Source: Rhodosorus marinus CCMP1338 | Taxonomy: Eukaryota; Plantae; Rhodophyta | NCBI GenBank assembly: GCA_029953675.1 | Contig: JAMWBK010000004.1 | Span: 2,728,001 to 2,792,000 of the forward strand | Reading direction: 5' to 3' | DNA: 64,000 bases | Part shown: positions 1 to 14,054 of the stretch, in pieces | Layout: every line of letters starts with the position of its first letter | Position numbering within the stretch: the stretch's first letter is position 1 | Position numbers and translations under genes: made by a program | The notes under the pieces: model-generated | Told to the model about the DNA's origin: nothing | Seen by the model: the letters and a program-made list of their open reading frames with translations, nothing else | Database searches by the model: none

Positions 1-2781
1 TTCTGGTGATGAAAGATTGAAATTTATTTATTTATTTTTTGTTTCTTTACAACTGAAGATTGAGAAACATAGCGTTTGACGGAAGTTTCGGAAGAAAAAA
101 AATGTTTGAGAGCTAGCCGATTCCCGAGATGGGAAACCAACCTCAGGGGTTTTTAGGTATTTCGTAAGTGTTTGATGGGAACGACATTGAAGCACGTATT
201 GGCTGCACACAGGGTCTCCTACTCGTTGTGTGGATTTGGTGAGAATGGCAGTCCCTCTGTGTACAATGAACACCCCAACGAAAACCACAATTCGAGCTAT
301 GCCACGGCTCGTCTGATGGTTGATTGAGGCTCTTAATCGCTACTGGTGTGGATTGTTGTCCAAGCATGTCGTGGAATGTGCGCTCTACTTTCGTCCACTC
401 TCGCTTTCCGTCGTTCCCTTTTTCTCTCGCCGTTCGGTGCTACCCGACATAACTCTCGCTGGTAATATTCCTACGTACCGAGCGATGACTATCCGTCGCA
501 TATGAGCCCGGATGTCAGGAAGGATTATCCGAAAGGTTAAAAATAAGAATTACACTTGGCATGTCAACCCCCCCGGCTTGGCTCCAAGCGGCCGTGGCCC
601 ATATAGATTTGGCTAGAAATGTGCAGGGGACGAGCAAATCATCCGCTGGGGGATAAGTTGGACGCCAGCTTGGGATCAGTAACAACGACACAAACTGTTG
701 GTATTCAAGACCCCATCCAGTCCGGTCTACGCAACCATCAGTTTCTAGCACGGTGTGGGCTGACATGAATATTTTTGGCGTCCACAATGGAGCCGTGGAT
801 GATTGTTCCTAAATTTAAGCCGGCGTCTTCCGTTGTTTACATACCCATCAAACTCGCTGATGACCGAGTTTTCGTCTTTCCCGGGGGCAAGGGAGAGCTA
901 GCTAGCTTCCCATTTTATGGTTGTTGTTTGTTGATAGAGAAGAAAATTACGACAGCGGCCGTGGATACACTGTCTCATACTACCGAGTCCATGTTCTCTC
1001 CTCTCAGAACCCGAAAGAACGGGATTCTAGTCCGACATCTTCCTCACGGACGCTCACCGGACACCCCTCCCCCTTCCAAAGTTCCAACCCGCTGAAAGCA
1101 GCCACGGAAAGCAGACATTGAAAGCCATTCCTCACCCACGCCATCACCTTGATGATAAACAAAATGGAGCTACCAAAAATGCTCAATGTTTGTTGGTAAA
1201 ACAGGTAAAGGGGGCGACGAACGAGAAAATCCAACAACTATCCCGCCCCAGGCGCTCTTCCCTGACTAAAAATATCCACACAAGACATACTACAAAACCA
1301 CCACCAAAGTGCCGCGCAGGACAACGCGCGGCACTTGCGATTTCAAGACCGGATGAGTACTGGATGATGATCAAAGGGATCATTTTAATTGACGGTACAA
1401 ACCAAAATCTTTCATCACAAGATGACAGTAATTTCCACACAGATTCTATCATGAAATTTTAAATGCCTTAAAAAATAATGACGAATCTCATTCTGTGATT
1501 GGGCAGCACGAACTCGCCCACAAGAATTCCCTTAATTTTCAAAAAAATTATTAAATTGATCCTACCTACCTTAGTTAAAGAATTCAACAATAACCTTGTC
1601 AACGTGCTCAAACCTCATCGCATTTCGTTTAGTTCCTTTCACTCATATTGAACTTTTTTGGTTGGAAAATATAATCCAGTTTTGTATTTATTTTCAAGGG
1701 TTGGGATCGCCAGGGACCTCCTGGATCGCCCACGCACGAGAGAGGAAAAAAATACTAATAATTGAAGGTGGACTATTTTGTTTTCTTGTGTTTGTTTTCG
1801 TCATCGCTGTGTGAAGAAAAAGAGTGCGAAATATTGCATTTTAGAGGGTTTCTTTTCCTAAAAGGCATCTTCGTCATAGTCGTCGAGTAGTGCAGGAAAT
1901 ATTTGGAAGGTGGAGGAGAACACCGAAACACGTTTGAAACCAATTTTTTTTTTTTTTTGGAACTGAAAAGAAACACACACACACACACATAGACACATTC
2001 CACCCGCGACCCCCGCGGGACCCCCCCTGCGTTTCTTTTATTTCTTCAAGTTCCCGATCAGAAGAAACTCTTTTTGCGTTTTTTTTCCTTAATCTAATTG
2101 TTTTTTTGGGGGGGGGAGGGGTTATCGTTTTAGCGGTTTATGGATGCCTTTTTACCTTTCTCGTGCTGTAGAACTTATGTGTTTTTCTATTTATTTGCCT
2201 TTCCCTGTTTTCTCTATGTATAAACAAGGGTGTCATCACCTTCGGAGTCTGGATTATCTGGAGGTGACATCTCATTTTCCTGATGGCTGGGGAGAGAGGG
2301 CTTGTTCGAACACATCCTTGCTTGGTGTACAAAAGTGATACTCCTCCGCTCTCCTTGCAAGGAAATTCACGACAGCGGGTTATCATGATTGATTTGTAAA
2401 CTGAACAGGAACGAACGAATTTGGAGAGGAAATCCGCGGTTGAATTCAGATGCACCATTTTGTGCCAGTTAAACAGGCTGGGAAGCAAAGCTCTTTCCTT
2501 CGGTGCGGTCGATCCCGTGACCGTAATACTTCCATATGTTTAACTTAATCCGGCCTTCGTTTTTGGCTAACCCACCACCCAACACGGAAGAATCTGTTAA
2601 TGTCAGTTTTTTTTTACTGGAGTCGTCAGTATGGAAGCAGGCTTAAAAATAGAGTGCCCACAGTCACCCATGGCTCATGCCAGGCAGTCACCAGTTCGGC
2701 GGTGGTTCAATGAAAGATGGGGATAAGTTAATTAGCCAGAGGACTGAGCCCAGTTTTTCCGCGCGAGCAGATCATGGTCTA

Positions 2782-5553
2782 CTACTTGCCCGCGGCGGAA
2801 CTTCCGGTGAGAAATTCCGCTCTTATCTCCTCGCGCTCTGGTTTGACGTCCAGAATTTTCACCTGAACTTGGTCACCGACATTGAGCTCCGACGCTAAAT
2901 CAACCGGGTTCGGCGCCAGGGCGGTGAGCCCTGTTCCCAACAGTGCGAGTAGGGTGTTTTTCTACAAGAACGCAAAAGCAGGGATGAGAAAAGCGACTAA
3001 TTTGCCAATGTACACAAAAACTAAGGCAAAACTCGCTTCCTAACTGTTTCCTACCTTTCGGATGGTGATGATCTTGGCATTCATAAGCGGATGATCAACT
3101 CCCGCGGCTTTCTGATCTGCGACTTGCTCAGCGAGCGATAAATATAAGGCTGACCTCCTATGACTGTCAAGAATCTTTTGCACCTCGCTGTGGCGCTTTT
3201 CGAGATACGTGCATAGCTCCATCATTCTCCTGCGTCGGGCCTGAAACACGTGGAACAGCATGTTCAAGCCACAAATTCCAGATCAGTTCAGCCGTCCTCG
3301 TAAAAAAAGACGGAGCCTCTGCTGATTGCAAGCGGCGTTCTGGGATACTGTCTTACCGGCATCTGGTGCCCTACGAGCACAGTCTTTATCTGTCTTTGAA
3401 TGACCAGATCCACATATCGTCTCATGGGAGCAGTGCCGCACCGAAGCGCGAATAACTCCGCCCCTGACCTCTCCGGCAGGGCACATTTCTTTTTCTTAGC
3501 GAACTTTCGAAGCTGCTCACCGGCCACTGAGAGCAGCTCGTCAACTGCGCGATGTCCAAAACTTCGCTTGAAGTCTCTCACGATGGTTTTCTTTTTGCGC
3601 CCACCATAAACCGTGACACCAGCAATGCGCCGGTCATCATCTGCAGTTTTATTTCATAAGGATTTACATGTCGGTTGCTTGGCACTGCGTTCCGCACGTG
3701 TTCGAAATAGTGTGTGCGGTTACCTTTCCGGCTGGAACCTTCGGACTCACTCCGCTGCTTCATCATAGCTTCGGTTGCGCGACAAAGCACTTTGAGATCG
3801 TCCACCCACTTCTTCGGGTATGTGTCTACATTCTTGTCGCTTGCAATCTCATTGAATTGATCATAGGTGACTCTAATAATAGGCCGTAGAACAGACCTGA
3901 ACACTTTCGTATCGATGATATCTGACAAGAAACCGATGCGATAGACGCTTTAGTACGCGTGGAATATCGCAATGAGTTCGAGGCGCGTTCCTACCTCCAG
4001 TCTCCAAGTCCACATCGAAAGCGACGGAGACGGCCAGTCCGTGGAGGACAGGATTAAAAGAAGAGGCCTCCATAGCCGCAGGGGGTATCATGTGAAAGGG
4101 TCTCTTCGGGAGATACATTGATTCCCCCCTCGCCAACGCAATCCTATCAATATCTCCCTTGGGCTGTACAACCGCGTCAACGTCTGCAACGTGGACGTAG
4201 ACTCGAGTTGTCCTTTCATCAAGAATTTCTGCTGATACGGCGTCATCATAGAATCTAGTGCTGAACTCATCGACACAGTAGATGTCGGTATCCACTCTCT
4301 TCTGGTCTCTCCAGAGAGCCACAGATCCATCTGCGTACCCACGTCTCACGTTGTTCTGTTCTTCCAACACCCGCTTCGCTTCCGCAACGGCAGCGTCAGG
4401 AAAGGTCCAATCTAGTGCGTCCGGCCCACCTCCAGAGACATTTGAGCTGCCATGCAAAGACATGAGCTTGTCAGCTACGGAACTGCCGATTGTCCTCAGC
4501 GTGAAATGCGTGCTCTAAAGCTTACTCCACGCGCTCCTTCAAACGCTCCTCACTCCAGTACCCTACATCCACCAGAGTCGCGGCGGCTCCCTCTGGGGTT
4601 TCTGGATACCCCAGCTCCTTCAGGAGAGTACGTGTTGCCTTGTTTAAAGATGTTTCAGAAGCAGCGCCAATCTATAGGAAACAAAGGTTTTGCATTTAGC
4701 AGCGACTAAATTCCAATCGTCAGCTTTGTCCTTCTATCTGACTTCTACTTGCAAGATTTGAAGGGGGCCTACCTCTAGCTTGCTCATCATAGACAGGTGC
4801 GCACGGGTCCATCGAAAGCCCTTCTTCTCCTCGGGTGTCTTGTCTCGCATTGACGCGGCGAGTTTAACAAATTCTGTTCTTGCCCTGGCTTCGGCCACTG
4901 CCTGTGGCACTGCATAGAAACCGTCACCGGCCTTTCCCCTCTTGAACCTGATATGATCGTTTCCTACAAGCATTGCGGCTGCGGCCCTTGCAGCCAATCT
5001 TCTGGGTCCGTTCATAAGGCTTGAGAAAAGATAATCACCAATCTCCCCAGACGTACAAGTCCTCCTCTTGCCAAGAACCTATTACGGGTCAAGTTGAACG
5101 CTCCATAAGTTCATGTCGAAAAGCGCGGTCTCCTAAAAGAGTTGGAATCACATTCAAGATTACCTGCATCTCCTTACACAGAGGCGTAAGGTTAAGAGAC
5201 CTACTTGGAGAATTCTGAATAATATTCCTGGCCTCCTGGACGAAATTCAATAAATCGCCTTCTGATTCCAGCTTGGATTCTTCCTTCCAAACGCTGACAA
5301 TCTCACCGTCTGCCACTTTCTTCATTTTTCCAACGGTCAGATCATTCTCAAGAACGTCAGCAAGAACACCGCCATCACATTCCTCCCGGACAATCCCAAA
5401 TTTCACCTTGCCTTGGCTAAATACTTCCACCACTTTCCCAACAGTCCCGGTCCCAAGCCCCATGACAGGAATTCGCGTGCTGCATTGTGCCGACGTCGAG
5501 TTTCCTCGCCGGCTCCCAACAGTCAAACTTCCCCTCCCAAAAACGAACCCCAT
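2782..5553 (-). CDS. Plastid-targeted RNase II/RNB-family 3'-5' exoribonuclease (multi-exon)
   Basis: Starts MGFVFGRGSL (transit-peptide-like). RNB motifs present: VDEFSTRFYDDAVS, VYVHVADV, RGESMYLP, TAPMRRYVDLVIQRQI. The last exon (2961-2782) gives an S1-like LNVGDQVQVKILDVKPEREEI and ends at TAG 2784-2782. Confidence 0.9.
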
Positions 5554-6243
5554 TACCCCTTCCTCTTTAGAATACTCATCAATTTACGTAGCTCCTCTGT
5601 TCTACGTTGACAGAATTACTTGTCTTCTCCCACACTCTCCACTCCCTCCTTCCTCTCCCTTCCCGACCGTAGCGAATGCCTTCGGATCACATTAATATCT
5701 CATCCGTCTCATTCGCCGCGCTGCGGATGGCGTTTCACATCCGGTCGTAAAACTCTGACCCTCTACAAAATCCCTACCCCGCCAAATATTTCGATTCTTC
5801 AAAATGAACATAGACAAAATTATTAGCGTCCTTCAATACTCCGCCGCAATGTAAATGGCCTTTGATCAGTTCGTACATAAATATTCGAAATAAATATCAG
5901 GCCATTTTGGTTCATTTCTGAAGCCCGAAGAACTTCCGACAGGCCGTAGCCGCGTTGTCCCAGACTGTCCCATCCGGTTGGGACAGGTGAGGAGGGGTTC
6001 GGAAGCAGGCAAATGCTTTGCAAAACGACGAAGCGATGCGCTGTTTTCTTAGCTGCGGGCGGACATGGTGATCTGTAAGCATAATAGTGTGTAGTGTTTA
6101 TGTTCTTTGGACTCCCCGTAGCAGGTCAAAGTCATGGCATTGAGCAGCGGGAGCAAGAATATTCGCGAATACGGTTTTCTCTGTGCAGATGGAAATGCTT
6201 TTGCTCCTTCCCTAGTGCATTGAATTCTGTTCTTCTTCAGCCG

Positions 6244-9200
6244 TTACACGGTTCGCATCGGTTGCGATATCTTCTTCCGTCTCTCTCATCAAGAATTCTA
6301 CCCACTTTTCTGATACCGAGTCCTTCGACGTGTCGTCTCCGAGGATGGAGGTCAACAATCCTCTCCGTGCTAGACCAACCTTTGCCTACGACGTATGGTG
6401 AACAGCAATATCAGGGGCCCTGCGTATTTTTTCGACAAGCTAGTGATGGAGCATACCATATCCTCCTCAGAGAACAAGAGCGTCTTGGCGATGATCTCAA
6501 GAACCTCTCGTTTAGCTCGCGTTCCGCTCTCAAAATAGCGTACAATGAGTTCTCTCACAACGCTTGTTTCTACCGAGTTCGCATTTGCTCCCTACGACGT
6601 GCGAAACAGTTCCATGCTCAGAGGATTCAGCATTGCTCTTGTGTATTTTCGAGGAACGTTGTTATCTGAAGCCTACCGGAGGCGGCTCTTCACACAGAAT
6701 ACGCGCCATCTCCTCCTTCTGCGCGAGATTGGTTTCCTTAAACATCTCCAGGCTTATGTTTAGAGAATTGATCATCTCATCCTTCTCGGAAAGAAGCTTC
6801 TTGTCCGCACCCAACTTAACGAAACGAACAAGCTCGTTGTTCAGGCGCAGAGTCACTGACATTTCGAGTGCGTGTTGACAACTTACGTTCTGTTGCAGCT
6901 CTTTCAGTTCCCTTTGAAGTTGTTCCTTGTTCTCCACCGTGAGGTTAAGTTCACGTTTCAGCATACTTAATGATGATTGAATCTCGGAGTCCTGGGATTC
7001 TTGGAAGTCCTCCAAGACTCCTTGCAAGTTGACCACCGTCTGTTGAGATAGTTGAAGCTGATGCGAGAAGAGCATTGGTCAGGGCAAAGTACATGAACCA
7101 TTGTTCCCCTCCGACTCTGTTTAGCTACCTCGTTGTCCTTTCTTTTCACTTTTCGCTCCAGGTTCTCGATTTTAGCTGCCGATGTCTTCGCCGCCATTTC
7201 AAGCTCCTCTATTCTCTTGTGTTTTTGCTCGTCGTCCTCGCGAATTGATTTCTGAAGAGCTTGCTGATCAGAAACCAGCTGCTTCTCTTGTGCTTGCAAA
7301 CTCTCCTGCAGAGAAGCGACAATCTGCTCTGACTCTTCCCGAGCATTCCTTTCTAAACTTAGCTCCCTTTCCAAACTCTCTTTCTCTTTTTGCAGCATAT
7401 GATTCAAACCCTTAGAAGACGCTTCTGACTTCCTCCTTGCCGACTCGGCCTGGACCAGTGCCCTTTTCAGCTCATCACATTCTGGAGCAACCATGTGCAT
7501 GATCAACGAAGGGTTAGCGAGGGAAAAGCATGTCCAGTCCTGCGATCGACAAAACAAAAACCAGCTCACCATCTCTTGTATTCTTCAGGGCAGTCTCTAC
7601 CAGTCGAAGTCTCCTCCTCTTCTCGTCGAGTTCTTCCGTCTGGTTTTCAAGGGCGGCCTGCGCTGCGTTGCTTTTCATACTAAGACTTGCCAGCTGAGCT
7701 TCAAGTTCCTTGTCCGACAATTGGGAGCCTTCCAGAGCAACGCGATCAGTAGGAGCTGACCACATTGGAGCATACGCTTCTCACATACCTGCATCAGCGT
7801 CTCCCGTCTTCACGTTTGCAGATTGATTCCTCAATTCATCCCGTAGAACTTGAATCTCGTCTGTCAACTCGCAAATCGTAGAATCTTTGATCTGAAGAAG
7901 AGACGACAATTCGTTGTCGGAAGTCATCCCGGGCGTGTGCTTTTTCAGAGTTTCGTTTTCTTGCTCTAGATTCTGCAGTCGCAAGCGCAATTCCTCCATC
8001 GGGTGCGATACATTTTCAAGCTTCTCCCTCAGTTCGTTGCATTGTTCCTCGATTGCAGCCCGCTTTTCTACATTCCGTACAAGCTCCTTGGATGGCAATT
8101 AAAATCAAAAAATTACCGAGCAGGGCTGTCAGAGCACAGACGCAGCGCAGTGGAATCGATGACACGCACATTTCTCAGGGTAGATACTTCTCCCGCCGAG
8201 TCTTTGAGGGTTTCGTTTTCTCTTCTCAGCGCTTCTTGTACCCTGACCAAGGCTTCGTAGTCGGCAGCTTGAGAACTAAGTTTATTTAAGGAGTTCTCAA
8301 GCTTGCTTTCTAGTATTTTTCTTTGCTCTTCGGCTTCGCGTACTAGGTCATCGTTTCTGGCTTGCTGCTCTTGCACCTGCTTAAGTTGCAAGCTTTCCTC
8401 TTGTCGAACCTGAGCATTTTCTGCCTCGTATGTCCTGCTCATAACCGAAATTTCTTGACGCAGCTCTCTCTAAGCGACGAAAAAGATAATGAAATGCGGC
8501 GCCCACATAGCTTCAGTCCCACGAGACAGCACAATCGACATACCATGCTTCGTCGGCGGTAAAGCCTCAAGCCGCGGCGGGATAATAGAAACGGCAGCTC
8601 AGTACCTTTTCATGCTCTGTAGTCTGTAGCCTCCCTTCGAGCTCCGCCATATTCTTTTCAAGTGAAGCCAGTGTCTGTTTAAGTTCCATAACCTCGCTCA
8701 CCTACAGTAAATGGTGAATCAACGTGTTAGGTTGCAACTGCAAACATGTCATCTTCCGAAAGTGCGCATGATACGTACTGAGTTCCCTAGAGGTTTCAAA
8801 GAGGAAAAGTTGAAACTCTTAGTCAAGCGTACGTATTACAAAGACGGTCTCGAGGACTTCTATGTGGCCAACCTTCAAGATTCGAATGGAGTGCGCTTAA
8901 GATTAGTTCCATACTGTCGGTTGTACTAGAGTTGCGATCGCGTGTTACACCCAATGCCATACCCATTTGGGACAACCACGGATCCAAGGCCTGGATTTGA
9001 GTGAGAGGAAAATTTTCAGATCAGGGAATTGGAAGCGATTCTATGACTCTTCAGAAACTTGGTGTATGGGCAGCACTGGGAACTAGTTTACAACCGTAAG
9101 GTTTGGGTTAAGCGACCGCCACTGAGCTACAACGGTCCGTACTAGAAAGGATAGTACTTCCAGGATGTTGACACAATTTTCTTACCAGAGGTTCCTCTTT

Positions 9201-9962
9201 CATGTCTGAAGATGCCTCCAGCAGGGCACTCAATCGATCGTCCAACCTAATGAAGTGCATTTCCGACGTGTTAGAAGTGTCCAACTTGTTGTGGTCCAAT
9301 GCCGCCGGACCAACTTACGATGTCCGGCCATCGGTTGCGGGAACTGCGGATAGTTTGTTGTTAATTGTGGTTAGTTCTTCTTCTGCTCTAAGCGCCCGTG
9401 CCTCGAGCTCCTGTACCTCCTGGGAGTTTGGTTCAGTAGAACCTCTACACGGGAGTAATGTTTTTCGTTGAGGTCGAGTTGACGTGGCTATTTCAGTTGA
9501 GGCAGAATCATACCCGAGAGGGTTCTTGTCCAAGCCCTTGTACACCTGGGCAAGCTGATCAGCTAGGTCAGCTTTGTCTGCCTCCATTTCTACTAGTTTC
9601 CGCTGCAGAGAGTCCTTCTCCCCGCGATGCCAGTTGAGTTCGGCTTCAAGAGCTTCTCTTAGCTCAGATTCTTTGCGCAACTCTTCCTGAAATATTTGCA
9701 CGTTCTCATCCATCGCTCTTTTCTCATACTCGATCTCAGCTCGGCCTTCCTCCAACTGCTCAATCGCCTTCTTCGCATCTCGAAGTTGCTCCTCTCGTTC
9801 AGCAGACTCGCCATGAACAAAGCCATACTCTTCTCCTCCAAATCCCTCATCATCCTCTTGAGCCTCGCGGAGGACATCACCGGCTTGACTGGCAATCTTC
9901 GTTGCGTTCTCCGAGACCTGATTCAGGCCAGCTTCAGCCGTCTCCCTCAGCTTACTCCACAT
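6244..9962 (-). CDS. Long coiled-coil golgin with C-terminal GRAB/GA1 domain (GMAP210/Rud3/GC3-4-like)
   Basis: N-terminus MWSKLRETAE..., followed by heptad-rich exons. GRAB-like RELIVRYFESGTRAKREVLEIIAKTLLFSEED, then a spliced last exon ending SEKWVEFLMRETEEDIATDANRV* (GA1-like WxxFLxxE). Confidence 0.85.
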
Positions 9963-10329
9963 CTCGCTATCCTATCCTCCACCTCCAAAATCTTCTCTCC
10001 TTAATCTAAAAATTTCGACCAAAAATGAACAACTCCAACGCTGAAAAACTCCGAAACCTAACTCAGAACACCTGAAATACACCAAACCAACCCATTCTAA
10101 CCACCCCATTCATTCCCATCGTGAGCTAGTTCATAACCACCAGGATGGTCCATCCCTTCATTACTTAACATCTTACCTTTCTACCTACTTAATCCGTCTT
10201 CGCCACCTTTCAACATCTCTTAGAATCGACTTCTAAGAGTTCAAAATTACCAAGTCCGCACCAACTTGAAAAATGGAAACCGCTGGGGTTGATCTTCCTT
10301 AAGCTAATTTCTCGATGAAGTCGGCACCA

Positions 10330-11520
10330 TGGGACATCAGCTTTTGGTGCGCGGTCGGGACAAGGCGTGTTACAAATGGTTGAAAAGTTCTTCGCTGGGA
10401 ATAGACAGGAAGGAACTGGACCTGAGTGAGTCTGTTAGAGACTTCTGACCTTTATGATGCAAAATCTACGGTGTCGGAGGAGTTCGCGAGCTGGGACACG
10501 AGTGCAATGCCAACTTATGTTTGGAAGGTTGAAATCGGCTGTTTTGGATTCCAACTGAACGAGACTGGTTGAATCTGGTGGAGCAGTTTAACAAAAGTTT
10601 TTTGAGAAAACAGGGGAAGTTTGAAATCCTCTTGCTTCAGATAGTGCAGGACAAATATGGACCCTGGTTGCCTAAACGAGAAACAGCGTACTTTGAATCG
10701 ACCTCGGGGATCAGTAAGCAGATCCGTCAACATGGATAGAGGTGTAACTGTCCACCTTTTATGAATCTTAGAACAACGACGTTGACCTAGAGCTCGATGA
10801 AACCACTCTAGAAGGTCTCCAGTGACAAAGACCGCAGGGATGAAACCCGCTGAGTCTATGCCAAAGGCAGTATCTCAGACGCAGGGATATCACACGCTAT
10901 CTCAATCAAATCCGAAGCACGAGTTCCAGTACCTTCCTAACTGATTCTTGCCACTGCATCGGTTCCCAGGGACATGGACACTGCACACAACATGGTCCGG
11001 GATGCTCTGGCCACACAGCTCAGAAAATGAAGACTAGAGTTGACCCTCGAACCGATCGGACACTGCCCAGGCAGCCACCTTCGCCCAGATATTCTAGCTC
11101 GACACCTTCGGACTGGGAAGCTGTACGTGATCGACGTGAAGGTGACCTCGCCTTTGCAAAAGATCTGCCACATAAGGCGTCCTGGGAGACAGGGTACGCC
11201 GCACACAAGGCAGAGAAGTTGAAAGAGTCGAAATACGGGGAGCGAACGGAGCTCACAATGACGACATCTTCGTGCCCTTCTGCGTGGAGACGTTCGGGAG
11301 GATGGGGAAGCAAGCGGCTCAGTTTTTGCAAGATGTAACTCTGCACCTACAGCACCCATCAACACAAGTCAGCGCAGCACGAGCGACGCTCAACCGGTCT
11401 CTGCGGAAAGGGAATGCACTACTTGCCACCCGGGCTCGCCGAGATGACGAAGGGAACTATGAGATGGTCTCTCTAGTAGAAAGTACCCACACAACCCATG
11501 AACGGTTTTTTAACGCATAG
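10330..11520 (+). mobile_element. Degenerate 3' portion of an RLE-type (CRE-like) non-LTR retrotransposon
   Basis: Frameshifted pieces occur in the expected order. These are a CCHC-like CHC..GH..C, then AHNMVRDAL, RPDIL..LYVIDVKVTSP (PD-D/ExK endonuclease), K..KESKY, and FVPFCVETFGRMGKQAAQFL. Stops and frameshifts are present; the 5' boundary is approximate. Confidence 0.8.
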
Positions 11521-11857
11521 ATAGATTCCTTATTCCCTCTTGACGCGCTCCACTAGGGAGCTCTTTAGTAAAGCGTTCACGGGTAGATAGTGCAGCTTCA
11601 CGCTCTCGGCTGCGATAGAGCCAAAGCTTCGAGCTCTTTCATATGAGGACTAGTGGACTTGGGACAGTTATATCTTTATCGTTGAAAAAGTTGCCCATCC
11701 CATTTTGAATTCTCCTTATTTAACACGTCGTGAGTCCAGACTTAAGTCCCCCAGTGCTCTCCTTGGTCGTCGACGATTCTCGATCCTACGCGATTTATGC
11801 TATTCGCTTGCTCTGTGCAAGGGGCTGCCTTCAACCATCCCTCCTATCAGACTCGCG

Positions 11858-12990
11858 TCATTTGTAGCAAATATCCGCTTCCTCCTCGCTGATAAAACCG
11901 TCATTGGAAGCATCCAGCTCGTCAAATCTGTCAAGGATGGCTGTGAGATCATCCTCCTTAACAAGATCAAGCTTTCTAAGCATGGCGACGAGGTATTCGT
12001 CTTTCGACAGTTTTCCGTCATTGTTCGCATCGATGGATGCAAAGGTTTTCTCGTCCAATTTCGCCTGCAGCGCTTTTGCCCGGGCCTCACGAGATCGTCT
12101 TGAGAGTTGTACTTCAACGCACGTGTTCAAGAAATTTGCCAGCGACAAGGTTGAGAGGAGTATGAACACCGCTGCGAATCCTCTGGATGGGCTCTTCGTC
12201 GGTGTGAGGTCTCCAAATCCAACAGTCGTACATGTTACCCAAATAAAGTACATCGCATCGATCAGATCCAGTTTCTCCGCTATGGTGAAGAAGAGCGTGC
12301 CTGTGATAACAAGGCCCAGGAAAACCGCAAGCGCAGACAAAATCTGAACCCATTCCGCTGCCTTGAAGCTGAAGTAGTGGCCGAGATGGTTAGCTGGTGG
12401 ATTGAGGAGTTAGATGTAGGGAGACGGCTGTCTAGATCTTACCCGAAGAGGAGGGGTGCAGTTTCAGCGTCCCGCACTCTCTCGCCAACTGTATCTTCGA
12501 TCACGTGGCGAACCGCTTCTTCTTGTCTCTCCAGTATCGATCCAATAACTGAATTCACCGCCGAAGCGACGATCGTCAAGCTCATGAGAATGTATACCAT
12601 GAAGAAAATCTTCGAGGAAGGCGTCGTCGGCACGAAATCACCGTATCCGACCGTAGTTATAGTGACTACGCAGAAGTAGAGGGACTCCGCCAGCGACCAG
12701 GAAAACACTGTGGAACAATACGCCACACCAAGCAACAAATGCAGGACCAAAAGGATCGCCGACTTTCGAAGCTGCCGCAGCAGTTTGAAGGGATCTTCAA
12801 CCTCAACCACGCCCCCACTGTCCACAGCGCTTTCATCCTGAGGTTGCGCTTGCGGGGTAACAACCACCTTGTGTGTGCTTCCATGTAGAAAAGGAGTTCG
12901 AATCCTGCATAGCTCATCTCCTCGCAGCGGTGTCCCTCTAGCGCCAACGGTCCCTCCAGGAGATAAAAACCCTAGCCTTTCCAGCACCAT
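11858..12990 (-). CDS. TPK: Two-pore (4TM/2P) potassium channel with C-terminal EF-hands, TPK/KCO-like
   Basis: Pore loops TTVGYGD and TTVGFGD. EF-hand loops DANNDGKLSKDE and DASNDGFISEEE. One intron (~12452-12370) joins LLFG to FKAAEWVQILS. Confidence 0.92.
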
Positions 12991-14054
12991 TTCAACCCTA
13001 TGAGCAACGCATCTTAAACTCGAGTCGAATCCGGGCCTTCACCGCGAAGAAGCCTTTTGTCACGTATCGCTTTCTACAGAGGTGATGGAAGAGCCAAGCG
13101 CGTGCTCAAAGCTGAGATAAAAGCGACCAAAAATAACCAGAGACGAAAATCATATCCTGATCCACACGCGTTCAGCGTGAATCCGAAGGCTCATAGGAAG
13201 CAAGTACCTCCTCTCTCACCATGAAACCAGTCCGTCTGGATGCCCGCTTTCCATACCTCATCTGAGTAATGTACAAGGAACGCAAATCGGCCTCTTTTTA
13301 ACCTTGGAGATCACAATTTTGAACGACGAGAATGGCCAACCAGCGGATACATCGTCAACCACAATGCCGTGATTCACACATCAAGCTTGGCGCAGACATA
13401 CACAGCATAACCAAGAACAAGGAGAAAACCATGATAACTTACCTAAGCAGTCGGCACATCCCTCGACTTTGTTGTCAACTGGTATCATAGCCTCCACATC
13501 TTGGAACAACTATGCATCCTCCCCATCACCCTTAACCTTCTTCCAATACGTCAGAATACATGCAGTCTCAACGGATAAAATATTTTAATAATACAAACTT
13601 ATTTCCGAACTTTGCTCATCAAAATTAAGTTTTTCTGGAATATTATAGAGTAAAGTTTTTATTTTAGTGGAAGATGTGACATAGGAAATGACATTCTGTC
13701 GACACCGACGGTGACGAGTATTAATGGAGTAGTGCTTGTCTCGATGAAGAATGGCATGTGATTATAAGCAGGAAGCAGCTGTCTGTTCTAGCGTGGATAG
13801 TTTGTCTGGACATAGGCATTGGTAGGAATTAGCAGAACGTAACATGTTTTAGAATTATCTGATCAGGGTTTCTTTTTCTCTCGAGTTCGTGGCGCGGAGG
13901 ATGGAAGTGGCGGTCAAGACGTTTGTGGGGGATTGGGTTCTGTGCAGGAAGCTTTGAGCTGGGGACGTGTTGGATGTTGTCTCTGGATTTTTTGGTGTGA
14001 TAATTGGTTTTTTTTAGTGAAGCAGGACGAGTGCGTTGAGACTCTTAGGTCGTC

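Noticed and set aside
2140-2160. GCCTTTTTAC resembling U5 snRNA loop I
   Set aside because: It has five Ts rather than four, with no enclosing stem or Sm site, in low-complexity DNA.
1-2700. Several 60-115-aa ORFs in the first 2.7 kb
   Set aside because: No recognisable motifs or consistent splice structure, interspersed with poly-T, poly-G and CA tracts.
9100-9150. tRNA-like TAGCTCAGTGG on the minus strand inside the golgin intron
   Set aside because: No acceptor-stem pairing, anticodon arm or GTTCRA T-loop follows, and no permuted arrangement could be built.
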